Shown here one piece after another: positions 6,537-15,147 of a stretch of DNA of 24,000 bases. The notes beneath the pieces were generated by a model, which saw nothing but the letters and a program-made list of their open reading frames with translations, searched no databases and had not been told where the DNA came from. The stretch is from the sequence record OP413831.1; one strand, given 5' to 3'. This DNA is from Klebsiella phage pKP-BM327-1.1. Within the stretch, counting starts at the first letter, position 1; the number at the start of each line of letters is the position of its first letter. A program made the translations under genes and the position numbers.

Positions 6537-7718
6537 ATGTCACCACTTGAGAAGATCCTCGACAAAGCCTTTACTACTCTGGCTTTGGATGAGAAGTATG
6601 TGTTCTGGGCTTCAATGATCCTCAGATTAAAACATAAGGAAGTGCCCGCTGGGCACCCTTGTGATTCTGCTTACACGGATTCTTTAACCGTGTATTACAA
6701 CCAGAAATTCATGGAAATGCTCAAACCTGCTGAACACCCTTTTGTGGTGGCTCACGAAGTTGGGCATATTGTGCATGAGCACTGCACGACTTTCCCTGTA
6801 GATCTGGATGAAGATCTGTGGAACCAGGCTGGTGACTATGTAATCAACCTGGAACTGAAAAAGTCGGGAATGCCAATGCCTACAACTATTAAGGTATTGG
6901 TAGACTCCCGCTTTGATGGCATGACCACCATGCAGGTGTACCGAATTCTTCAGCAGGAAGAGTCTAAGAAACCAGGAACTCATAAGGGTAAAAACCCTAT
7001 GCCTGATTTCAATAAACAGCCTCTGACTCAAGAAGAACAGGAAAGCCAGAAACAGCAAATTGATAGCATCTTATTAGGTGCTAACATGGCAGCTGAAATG
7101 GCTGAGGCAAACCAGACTGGTAAACAGTTTGGGCGTGGTACTAAGGATATGGCTCGCCGTATTGAGGATCTCCTGAATCCCCCAATTCCATGGCAGCACT
7201 ATCTGAAGATCTTCTGTGAGAAGGTTACACGTAAGCCTGGCCGTACCTGGTCACGTCTTCGTCGTCGTATGCTGGTACACGATATCACTGCCCCAGAACG
7301 CCGTGGTAAGTCCCTGGGACGTATTTCATGGGCTATTGACGTATCTGGTTCTATTGGCAAGAAAGAGTTCACCATCTTCTTAGGTGGTGTCTATCAGGTA
7401 CTGAAACTGTTTAAACCCGACGAGATAAAGCTGTATCAGTTTGATACTGATATCAAGGATATCTCCCGGATCTGTACAGTACGTGATCTGCTCAATGTTA
7501 AATTCAGTGGTGGTGGTGGTACTTGCATCGACAGTACTATCGAAGACTTCGCCCGTGATAAAGCATCACTGGGGATGTTCATCCTGACTGATGGTTATCT
7601 CAGCCAGCACAATCTGGAAGATCCTAAACGTCCTGTAATCTGGTTCGTTTATGATAACCCGAACTTTGTACCAAAATTTGGCAAAGTAGTTCACTTTACT
7701 TTGGAAGGGGTTGTTTAA
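6537..7718 (+). CDS. VWA-like metallopeptidase-domain protein (DUF2201-like)
   Basis: Zinc motif HEVGHIVHEH in the N-terminal region. C-terminal ISWAIDVSGSIGKKE (MIDAS-like DxSGS) and GGGTCIDSTIEDF. Confidence 0.88.
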   Translation: MSPLEKILDKAFTTLALDEKYVFWASMILRLKHKEVPAGHPCDSAYTDSLTVYYNQKFMEMLKPAEHPFVVAHEVGHIVHEHCTTFPVDLDEDLWNQAGDYVINLELKKSGMPMPTTIKVLVDSRFDGMTTMQVYRILQQEESKKPGTHKGKNPMPDFNKQPLTQEEQESQKQQIDSILLGANMAAEMAEANQTGKQFGRGTKDMARRIEDLLNPPIPWQHYLKIFCEKVTRKPGRTWSRLRRRMLVHDITAPERRGKSLGRISWAIDVSGSIGKKEFTIFLGGVYQVLKLFKPDEIKLYQFDTDIKDISRICTVRDLLNVKFSGGGGTCIDSTIEDFARDKASLGMFILTDGYLSQHNLEDPKRPVIWFVYDNPNFVPKFGKVVHFTLEGVV

Positions 7719-7742
7719 AAGCCCCCTTAACCAGGAGCATTT

Positions 7743-9140
7743 ATGCAGCTATCCCAAGGCCAACAGAAAGCCTGTGAGTTCATCACGGACTTCCTGCTTA
7801 ACAAACACCAACCTCACGATATCTATGTCCCCCGCTTTAAGGGGGATGAAGATCCCATGGTATTCAACAGTAATCAGGTAATGGTCTTATCTGGTGCTGC
7901 TGGTACAGGGAAAACCACCGTCATTAAGTATATGCTTGACCATCTGGAAAAAGTACAGAAGACGATGGAAGCACTGGGGATTAAAGTACAGCGTAATCCA
8001 CGAGTGGAATTCACAGCTACCACCAATAAGGCTGCTGAAGCCTTCGAACATGCTATGGGTTGTACTGCAAAGACAATCCACAGCCTGCTTCGGTTGGGTA
8101 TGGAAGAGGATCCTAAGACTTATAAGGATGTTCTCGTATCCCATAAACCAGATGAATTGCTGTGGAATACCTTCGTCTTTGTTGATGAAGCCAGCTACAT
8201 CGATATGACCTTGTTAGAGCATATCTATATGAAGCTGGGTAATGGCACCAAAGTAATCTTCATGGGCGACAAAGCCCAATGCAAGACTGCTGAAGGTGAC
8301 TTGCCTGTATTTGAAGAAGGCCGCTTCCCCATGATCGAACTAACCCAGATCATGCGACAAGCTGACGATAATCCTGTACAGGCATTATCTAAGCGGCTGC
8401 GTCAATGGGTGCTTGAAGGTGGCCCGACACCTCCATGTAATGTGGATGGTAAGAACATCATCTGGGTAGAACGTAGTAAGTTCGAAGCAGGGATGATCAG
8501 GGATATGTCCCGTGATGAATGGGAATACTCCACCAGCAAATTCCTGGCCTTTACCAACAAGCGTGTGAACGAAGTAAACCATAAGATTTATTCTCAGGTT
8601 ACTGGCTCTCAGACGCTTAGGGAAGGTGACTATGCGATCTGTAACAGCTATGTAGGTGGTATTAAAAATGTCCTCCCTGCTATTGGCACAGACCGTCTCG
8701 TTTACCTTACTGGTTTAGAACCAGGTAAACAGTTGGGTGAAGAAGGTCACTGGGTTTATACCGACCGTAACCGTAAAGGTTCAAAAGATTTTAAATCAGG
8801 TGAGGTAGTTCAAGCTTATTTCATGCCCAATGATAAAAAGGCTAAAGATAAGCTACTCAGGCGTTTCTCCAAAAAGCTTCAGGAAATGGTTTTCGCAGAA
8901 AATCCTGAAGAGTTCACTAAGATCAAAAATGACCTGGATAAGGTTAAAAGTACCTGGATTGATCTACGTCCAGTGTTCGGATGCACTATCCATAAAGCCC
9001 AAGGTTCTACCTTCAGGCGTGTCTATGTGGACTTAGGTGACCTCAACCGTTGTCGGGATATCGATCAGTTAAGGCGGCTGCTCTATGTAGCCATTTCTCG
9101 TGCTCGTTTGCAGGTAGTACTTACTGGAGACATACCATGA
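7743..9140 (+). CDS. SF1 DNA helicase, Dda/RecD2-like
   Basis: 465 aa: VLSGAAGTGKTTVI (Walker A), FVDEASYID (Walker B), FLAFTNKRVNEVN, GCTIHKAQGSTFRRVYVD, LYVAISRARLQVVLTG. Confidence 0.92.
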   Translation: MQLSQGQQKACEFITDFLLNKHQPHDIYVPRFKGDEDPMVFNSNQVMVLSGAAGTGKTTVIKYMLDHLEKVQKTMEALGIKVQRNPRVEFTATTNKAAEAFEHAMGCTAKTIHSLLRLGMEEDPKTYKDVLVSHKPDELLWNTFVFVDEASYIDMTLLEHIYMKLGNGTKVIFMGDKAQCKTAEGDLPVFEEGRFPMIELTQIMRQADDNPVQALSKRLRQWVLEGGPTPPCNVDGKNIIWVERSKFEAGMIRDMSRDEWEYSTSKFLAFTNKRVNEVNHKIYSQVTGSQTLREGDYAICNSYVGGIKNVLPAIGTDRLVYLTGLEPGKQLGEEGHWVYTDRNRKGSKDFKSGEVVQAYFMPNDKKAKDKLLRRFSKKLQEMVFAENPEEFTKIKNDLDKVKSTWIDLRPVFGCTIHKAQGSTFRRVYVDLGDLNRCRDIDQLRRLLYVAISRARLQVVLTGDIP

Positions 9141-9655
9141 TAATTAAGACTTCTGAAATGGATCTTCTTTGTCGGTATTTCAAACAGGCTGTGTTTGATA
9201 AAGCTAAAACAGAGTTTGAAATTTGGGTAGTTGAAGAAATAGTACCTAAGCATACAGCTTTAACAGGTTATAAGTATTTCACCAGAAGCGGGGGGAATTA
9301 CCCAACCCCACTAAGTGATGTAATTGTAATTCAACTACACCCTTCATTATGTGAAGCCTTTGACGAACGTTATGACCAGTTACGTCAAATGGAAGAACTT
9401 GAGGGTAATTACTACGAATACCTACTGAGGGATCTCGTAGCTAATAGTGGCAGTCTATCTGACTTTTATGTCCTTCTGCCTGAAGCTATGCATGAAACCA
9501 TCAGATCACTAGGATTAAAATCTCATGATGAACCCATTTCGGTATCTTCAGAGCAAATCGTAGAATTCCGTAAAGAACATGCAAAAGCAATCTCAATGTT
9601 TAAACGTCGTAAAATGATGGAAAGCATTGGAATTAATAAAGGATCAATTATATGA
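9137..9655 (+). CDS. Hypothetical protein, 172 aa
   Basis: ATG 9137 overlaps the helicase TGA. The track start at 9050 would overlap the helicase C-terminus. Confidence 0.7.
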   Translation: MIIKTSEMDLLCRYFKQAVFDKAKTEFEIWVVEEIVPKHTALTGYKYFTRSGGNYPTPLSDVIVIQLHPSLCEAFDERYDQLRQMEELEGNYYEYLLRDLVANSGSLSDFYVLLPEAMHETIRSLGLKSHDEPISVSSEQIVEFRKEHAKAISMFKRRKMMESIGINKGSII

Positions 9656-10008
9656 AAACTGAAATTAAAGTAGGTGAGTACACTGTTATTCACGAAAATG
9701 GTACTAATTTTCATGCTTTACGTCATGGCGAACCATGGCACGTTCTTACCGGGGATAATTTGGTATTAGCCCTGGTTAATCGTATTGAACAGCTGGAAAA
9801 GCTCTGGATTGAGCCAACTGAACAGATGGTCAATGCTGGCCTGGCTGAAATTCAAACCTGGTTAGATAACCTGAGTGAACTTCGTATTAACCAAGAAGGT
9901 AGCAATAGTTATATTGACCCAGAGTTGGTAACTGACGAAGAAGCTTCTAATGCTGCTGTGTTCACCCTTCAAGCTATGGCAGCAAAATTGCCAAAGGAGC
10001 CGGAATAA
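9652..10008 (+). CDS. Hypothetical protein, 118 aa
   Basis: ATGA-coupled intact ORF. Confidence 0.7.
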   Translation: MKTEIKVGEYTVIHENGTNFHALRHGEPWHVLTGDNLVLALVNRIEQLEKLWIEPTEQMVNAGLAEIQTWLDNLSELRINQEGSNSYIDPELVTDEEASNAAVFTLQAMAAKLPKEPE

Positions 10009-10193
10009 TGTTCCCAGTTATTGCAGCTATTTGGTGCACAGTAGTTTTCTGTCTCTGGCTTATTGCATGTGCTCAGGACAAACAAACTTATGGGAGTGTG
10101 GACTGGTTTCCCAATACCTGGGGAGCTTTCCTACTTAGTTGTGTGCCTTTAGGCGCATATAAGTTCTTTCTGTTTCTGTTCTCAGTATTATGA
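10008..10193 (+). CDS. Small membrane protein, 61 aa
   Basis: TAATG junction with the upstream gene. Hydrophobic segments MFPVIAAIWCTVVFCLWLIACA and WGAFLLSCVPLGAYKFFLFLFSVL. Confidence 0.65.
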   Translation: MFPVIAAIWCTVVFCLWLIACAQDKQTYGSVDWFPNTWGAFLLSCVPLGAYKFFLFLFSVL

Positions 10194-10561
10194 GTGCCTC
10201 ATCAATTAGGAGGCCATGGACTAAAGAAGAAAAAAGCTTCCTGATTGATAATTACCTACGTGGTATGCCCATTAAAAGACTTGCCGTCTATTTGGGGAGA
10301 TCTGTTAACTCAATAGACTCTGCAATCAGGGTGCTTGGACTTTCTGAATTGCGTAAAGAGATCAGAGATGAAACCAGAATTAAAATCCTGGATTACCTCT
10401 TTGATCACACGCTGGAACAGGCCGAAGCTCACTTTAATATCTCCCATCGTCTTGCCAGACGAATAGCTGATAGCTATCCGGGAGGACTCAAAAACCTACG
10501 TTTTGAAAGGAAAAGAAATGCCGCTCTCGAAGCAACAAGTCGTCTTCCTCAAGATGGCTAA
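10190..10561 (+). CDS. SANT/Myb-like or HTH DNA-binding protein
   Basis: RRPWTKEEKSFLIDNYLRGMPIKRLAVYLGRSVNSIDSAIRVLGL at the N-terminus. ATGA-coupled. Confidence 0.6.
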   Translation: MSASSIRRPWTKEEKSFLIDNYLRGMPIKRLAVYLGRSVNSIDSAIRVLGLSELRKEIRDETRIKILDYLFDHTLEQAEAHFNISHRLARRIADSYPGGLKNLRFERKRNAALEATSRLPQDG

Positions 10562-10697
10562 GTCTGGTACTGCCCCTCGTTCTAATAAAAACCGTACAGG
10601 GACTGCTTTAGCTAAAGCTGGCCTTATCAAGTTTAATCAGATGTATGGCTGGCATCTTACGCCAAAAGGTATTGAAGCCTTAAATCAAGCTGCCTAA
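10518..10697 (+). CDS. Small winged-helix-like hypothetical protein
   Basis: ATG 10518: MPLSKQQVVFLKMAKSGTAPRSNKNRTGTALAKAGLIKFNQMYGWHLTPKGIEALNQAA. The 'LTPKG' ending resembles winged-helix proteins. Confidence 0.55.
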   Translation: MPLSKQQVVFLKMAKSGTAPRSNKNRTGTALAKAGLIKFNQMYGWHLTPKGIEALNQAA

Positions 10698-10702
10698 CAA
10701 AT

Positions 10703-10727
10703 AAGCCAGATTTATTCTGGCTTTTTC
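10703..10727 (+). terminator. Rho-independent terminator
   Basis: AAGCCAGA-TTTAT-TCTGGCTT followed by TTTC, between 10697 and the rIIA-like gene. Confidence 0.85.
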
Positions 10728-10767
10728 TTATTAAAAGTCTTAGTAAATCTTACTTGAGGATATTCAA

Positions 10768-13245
10768 ATGCAAGTTGCGGATATGCAAAACAAATCAACC
10801 TCTGCCTCTCTGGGTGCTGGAGAAACTCTCGCTGTATCTATGGTAGAGGATGCTGCATTTCTGATGATGCTGTCATCTAACCTGTATTCAAACCAGCTGC
10901 TGGCAGCTATTCGTGAGCCTCTGTGCAACGCATGGGATGCTAATATCGAAGCTGGTACTACCGATCAACCACTGAAGATCTCCATCACTACTGATGGTGA
11001 ACTGATCATTCAGGATAATGGTCTGGGTATTCCCCCAGAGAAGATCGCCCAAATCTATGGCACCTATGGTGCTTCCACCAAGCGTAACGATAGTAAGACT
11101 ACTGGTGGCTTTGGTTTAGGCAGTAAAGCCCCATGGGCGCTTGTAGATGCCTTCCGTGTAACCTCTGAATACAACGGAACCAAGACAGTCTATAACATGG
11201 CTCGTTCAGTAGTGGAGAACCAAGGCAAACCAGGTATTACACCTATGGTTAGCATTCCTACCACTCGCTCTGGTTTGAATGTCAGCTTCCGTTTGACCCT
11301 GGATCAAGCTCAGACAGCTCATACCTATCTGAAGTACCTGGTTATGCATGGTGAAATGAATGCAGAACTCAGTTGGATGGGTGGCGAATTTGAGCCTATG
11401 GCTAAACTGGATATGTCCCAGGAACCTGGTTCATGGAATACAGATGATGAAGTCTGGTACAACAAGTACATGGGTAACCACAAAATCTTTGTGCGTTACG
11501 GTGCTGTCATTTACCCAATGCTGTTTACAGAAGCCACCAGCAAAGCCACTGGAATGCTCTCAGAGTTTATGGAGATCGTGGGTATCCAACGTCTGCTGGT
11601 TCAAGCAGCTCCTGATACTCTGGCATTAACTCCCGCTCGTGAAGCCCTGTCCAGCCAGAAACTGACTGAAGATGGCCTGACCGATCTGTGTGTGCAATTA
11701 GTTGCAAACATGGAAAAGGATATCATTGCTAAGATCCCTTCTTCTATCGCTGCTACTTGCAAGCGTATGCGTGAAGGTAAATTTTCTAATGGGCAACCTG
11801 CTATTGGCAGTCCTGCCAATATTATGGAGGAAATCCAACCTACTGTAGTCAAACGTTACCTGAGCAGCAATCTGGGATCCTCTATTCGTAAGAAGTACTG
11901 GAAAGAACTTAAAGAAGCCGAACATATTGGCTTCAAAAAGTTATACCAGTTTACTAAACCAGACTGGGTACATGCTAATCAGGCTCTGTGGGACTTACGC
12001 AAAGCTACCACATATGGCAATCTCAGAACCCGTGAAGCTATCTATGCATTCCTTCGCAAACATACCATTAAACGTATTATGCGAGGTATTGCTGGGGCTG
12101 ATTTTATCTCGGTTAAAAGTTTACGTTTCAGTACCCAAGAAAACACCTGGTGGGGACGTAATGTCTATAGCGATGGCTTTATGCGTCGTATCCCATTCTC
12201 TGGTACTCAGATCGTAACTTACCTTGAAAACCAGGTAGTGTTTCTCACTTCCCGACTGAAAGGTATTGCTGCGAGTAAGTCAGCATATAAGGATTATGTG
12301 CAAGGGACTTCCAACGCTGCATGGGCACTGAAAGTGGATCCACGAGCTAAAGCTGCTGATATTGCTGTTGTCACTGCAAGGCTGGAAAAGCTTGGGTTTA
12401 CTGTAGTGGATCTGACCCCAGGGTTAGAGTGGGATCCGGCTTATCGAGAAATTCTCGAAGCAAAGGAAAAACGTGAGAGAAAAGCCAAGATTACAGCTGA
12501 AAAACCAGGCAATAAGTTGGGTACTGTCTCTGCATATTTAAAAAATGGTGACTGGCCTTACAAAGGTGAAATTACTGGATGTAAAAAACCAAGCCAGGTA
12601 AACCAGAATCCTAAGTATTTTATCTCTATTGATGAAATCTTTAGAGGTATGCTGGGAAGCTTTGTTCATCTGAAAGATGCTACACCAGAGGACTTGTTCG
12701 ATGGGGTAGTTGTTCGCAATGGTATCGAACGCCGCATGGCTGAGAACCGTGGTGCTATCGATGTAGATGCCTACTTTATACCGCGTGTTAAACAAGTGGT
12801 ATTGAGCAAAGCATTTGCAAAGTATGTCACCAAAGAACGCCAGAAAGCCTTGGCTACTCAGCATCGTATCTCATCTCAGGATATCAAGCTGTGTACTAAA
12901 CTCGGCATTAAACTGCCTGGTTTGGAGAAGCTACGGTACGATCCTTATTTTGAGCGTATTCTCAGCCTTAGTCCATCTACAGTGGCTGTCTATGCTTATA
13001 CTCCAGAAGAGTATGAGAAGCTCAACGAAGATGAAAGCTGGGATCCTATCCAAACCATCATGCGGGGTAGACTGAAAGAGTTACCCTTTATCAAGAAATT
13101 GAAAGTGCTTCGGAAAGATCCTATGTTACGTGCCCTTGGGCATGGTGATGGCAGCGTCCTTCAGTGGCTCATTCAATACCCAGAGCGGGCTTCTGCTCTG
13201 AAAACCATCGTTTTAAGTGCACTCAAAAACGGAACTAAATCATGA
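10768..13245 (+). CDS. rIIA: rIIA-like protein (GHKL-type ATPase fold)
   Basis: 825 aa: LCNAWDANIEAG, LIIQDNGLGIPPEKI, TTGGFGLGSKAPWAL. Directly upstream of an rIIB-like gene. Confidence 0.85.
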   Translation: MQVADMQNKSTSASLGAGETLAVSMVEDAAFLMMLSSNLYSNQLLAAIREPLCNAWDANIEAGTTDQPLKISITTDGELIIQDNGLGIPPEKIAQIYGTYGASTKRNDSKTTGGFGLGSKAPWALVDAFRVTSEYNGTKTVYNMARSVVENQGKPGITPMVSIPTTRSGLNVSFRLTLDQAQTAHTYLKYLVMHGEMNAELSWMGGEFEPMAKLDMSQEPGSWNTDDEVWYNKYMGNHKIFVRYGAVIYPMLFTEATSKATGMLSEFMEIVGIQRLLVQAAPDTLALTPAREALSSQKLTEDGLTDLCVQLVANMEKDIIAKIPSSIAATCKRMREGKFSNGQPAIGSPANIMEEIQPTVVKRYLSSNLGSSIRKKYWKELKEAEHIGFKKLYQFTKPDWVHANQALWDLRKATTYGNLRTREAIYAFLRKHTIKRIMRGIAGADFISVKSLRFSTQENTWWGRNVYSDGFMRRIPFSGTQIVTYLENQVVFLTSRLKGIAASKSAYKDYVQGTSNAAWALKVDPRAKAADIAVVTARLEKLGFTVVDLTPGLEWDPAYREILEAKEKRERKAKITAEKPGNKLGTVSAYLKNGDWPYKGEITGCKKPSQVNQNPKYFISIDEIFRGMLGSFVHLKDATPEDLFDGVVVRNGIERRMAENRGAIDVDAYFIPRVKQVVLSKAFAKYVTKERQKALATQHRISSQDIKLCTKLGIKLPGLEKLRYDPYFERILSLSPSTVAVYAYTPEEYEKLNEDESWDPIQTIMRGRLKELPFIKKLKVLRKDPMLRALGHGDGSVLQWLIQYPERASALKTIVLSALKNGTKS

Positions 13246-15095
13246 AAAAACTAGTGACCATCGTAGGAATCTCTGTCGATGCTCAGAATGCTGTCCTCTA
13301 TTTAGAGGATGGCAGTACTGTGACCATTGCACAGGGCGATCCTCGTTTGCCGATCATCGTCGAAACAGCCAAAAAGCAAATCCCTGTGGATGGCTCTGCG
13401 GTTGTAGACATTGCAGAACCTGTCAAGGTACGCAATGAATTCAAAGAAACTGAAGAAGGCACTGGAGGACTTATCAAGTTCTTCCGTGTTGCCAAAAGTT
13501 TCATCAAAAAGTTCATCGACACTGAATCCCCTGAAAAGGTGGATGAAAGTGTTGCTCACATCTCTCCACTGGAACTGGGTATCAAACCAGGCCAGACCAT
13601 TCTGGATGCTGATGAAGCAGATGACCTCACTTATGCTTTGGAAGCTCAACCTGCGGCTGTAGAAGCAGCGGTGAAAGCTCCTGTAGCTGAAGAGGTGAAA
13701 CCTGTTGAGATGACTAACGATCAGAAAATCGAACTGGCTACTGCTCGTATGCGTGAGCTTGCAGGCAAAGGCAGTACTGTTGATGACCCTGAGTTCCACA
13801 AACCAATCACGGATGATGATCCTGACACTATTGTGGCAGTTAATACTAAAACGGGTAGTGTTATTCCTCATGCTCATAAGCTGTCATCTCAGATGAAAGC
13901 AGCAAGTAAGCTGAAGGATTTCCGTGGCTTCGTAAACTTCCTGAACCGTCTGGAACCTGTCCTGAAAGATCGTGGGCACTCTGCTGAAGACCTGATGAAG
14001 TTCATCGAATATGGTGATCTTCCTATTGCAGATGACGGCTGTATCGTTATCTACAAACGTCTCAAAAAGAAGCATGGTACTTTCGTGGATGTTCACTCCG
14101 GGAACATCAAACAGAATGTGGGTTCCTATGTCTTCATGAAACCAGGTCTGGTAGACCCTAACCGTCGTCAGGATTGCTCTAACGGTCTGCACGTAGCTTC
14201 CCTGGGCTATCTCAGCAGCTTCTCTGGTAATGTTACTGTGATGGCTAAAGTACGTCCTGAAGACGTATTTGCTGTACCAGAATACAGTCACACTAAAATG
14301 CGTGTGTGTGGTTACCATATCCTTGCTGTACTGCCTGAATCGCTGCGTAACCACGTTAACAGTGGTGGCTCTATCTCTTCTATTCCAGAAGGTAAAGAGC
14401 TGCTGAACAAAGTTCTGCGTGGTGCTCATGTGGGCATCACTGAACTGGTTGAAGTGGGTGGTCATAATGGCAGTAATGTTACTTACACCAAGGTCGAAAA
14501 TGCTGAAGCAGCAAAAGCTGAAGAAGTAAAAGTAGCCCTGGTTAAGGAAACTCTGGAACAGTCTGATCTGTCAGAAGTAGCCCCTACTGAAAAGGTAGCA
14601 CCAGTGCGGGCTACTGATCTGAAGGAGCCTACTCCAGTTGTTGCCCCTGAGATCAAAAAGTCCAAACTTGATGTACTGTTTGAGGCTTTTGAAGTTGCCT
14701 ATGTAGAAGGGGATCTGGATAAAGCATTGACCCTCGCTAACAACATTGTTGACAGCAAGAAACGTGCTAAGAAAGGTTGGGATAAACTGGGCTTTACCCA
14801 GGGAGACGTTGATCTGTTAATGGAAATCATTAACGGAGCAGTACCAACTAAACCAGAAGTTGAAGCTGTTGCTGAAACTCCGAAAGCTAAACCAGAAGGT
14901 AAAGCCATGACAGTCAAAGAGCAGGCACAAGAGCTGTATCGTGTCTTCAAAGAGACTAAAGCCAAAGGTAACCGTGCTGACACCAAAGATGCAGCAGGGG
15001 AACTTCAGTTCTTCATGTCCTCTCGTAAGAAAGGGCCGAAAGCATTCGGACTTGATCCGAAAGTCAGTGATGAACTGAAAACCTGGCTTAAGTAG
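13242..15095 (+). CDS. rIIB: rIIB-like protein
   Basis: 617 aa: MKKLVTIVGISVDAQNAVLYLEDGSTVTIAQGD, LMKFIEYGDLPIADDGCIVIYKRL...GTFVDVHSG...VGSYVFMKPGLVDPNRRQDCSNGLHVASLGYL. ATGA-coupled to the rIIA-like gene. Confidence 0.88.
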   Translation: MKKLVTIVGISVDAQNAVLYLEDGSTVTIAQGDPRLPIIVETAKKQIPVDGSAVVDIAEPVKVRNEFKETEEGTGGLIKFFRVAKSFIKKFIDTESPEKVDESVAHISPLELGIKPGQTILDADEADDLTYALEAQPAAVEAAVKAPVAEEVKPVEMTNDQKIELATARMRELAGKGSTVDDPEFHKPITDDDPDTIVAVNTKTGSVIPHAHKLSSQMKAASKLKDFRGFVNFLNRLEPVLKDRGHSAEDLMKFIEYGDLPIADDGCIVIYKRLKKKHGTFVDVHSGNIKQNVGSYVFMKPGLVDPNRRQDCSNGLHVASLGYLSSFSGNVTVMAKVRPEDVFAVPEYSHTKMRVCGYHILAVLPESLRNHVNSGGSISSIPEGKELLNKVLRGAHVGITELVEVGGHNGSNVTYTKVENAEAAKAEEVKVALVKETLEQSDLSEVAPTEKVAPVRATDLKEPTPVVAPEIKKSKLDVLFEAFEVAYVEGDLDKALTLANNIVDSKKRAKKGWDKLGFTQGDVDLLMEIINGAVPTKPEVEAVAETPKAKPEGKAMTVKEQAQELYRVFKETKAKGNRADTKDAAGELQFFMSSRKKGPKAFGLDPKVSDELKTWLK

Positions 15096-15100
15096 TACCG

Positions 15101-15123
15101 AGGGGCTTCGGCCCCTTTTCTTT
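15101..15123 (+). terminator. Rho-independent terminator
   Basis: AGGGGC-TTCG-GCCCCT followed by TTTCTTT. Confidence 0.9.
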
Positions 15124-15147
15124 CGTATGCCACTAGAGAGGTAGGCT

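Noticed and set aside
7894-8208. 104-aa out-of-frame ORF inside the helicase gene
   Set aside because: Overlaps the Walker A/B region in a different frame. The helicase frame is clearly the coding one.
11927-12217. 96-aa out-of-frame ORF inside the rIIA-like gene
   Set aside because: No independent evidence, and the parent ORF is continuous across the interval.
13302-14465. Minus-strand ORFs of 191 aa (13302-13877) and 193 aa (13884-14465)
   Set aside because: They lie entirely antisense to the well-supported rIIB-like gene, show no recognisable motifs, and look like shadow ORFs created by its codon usage.
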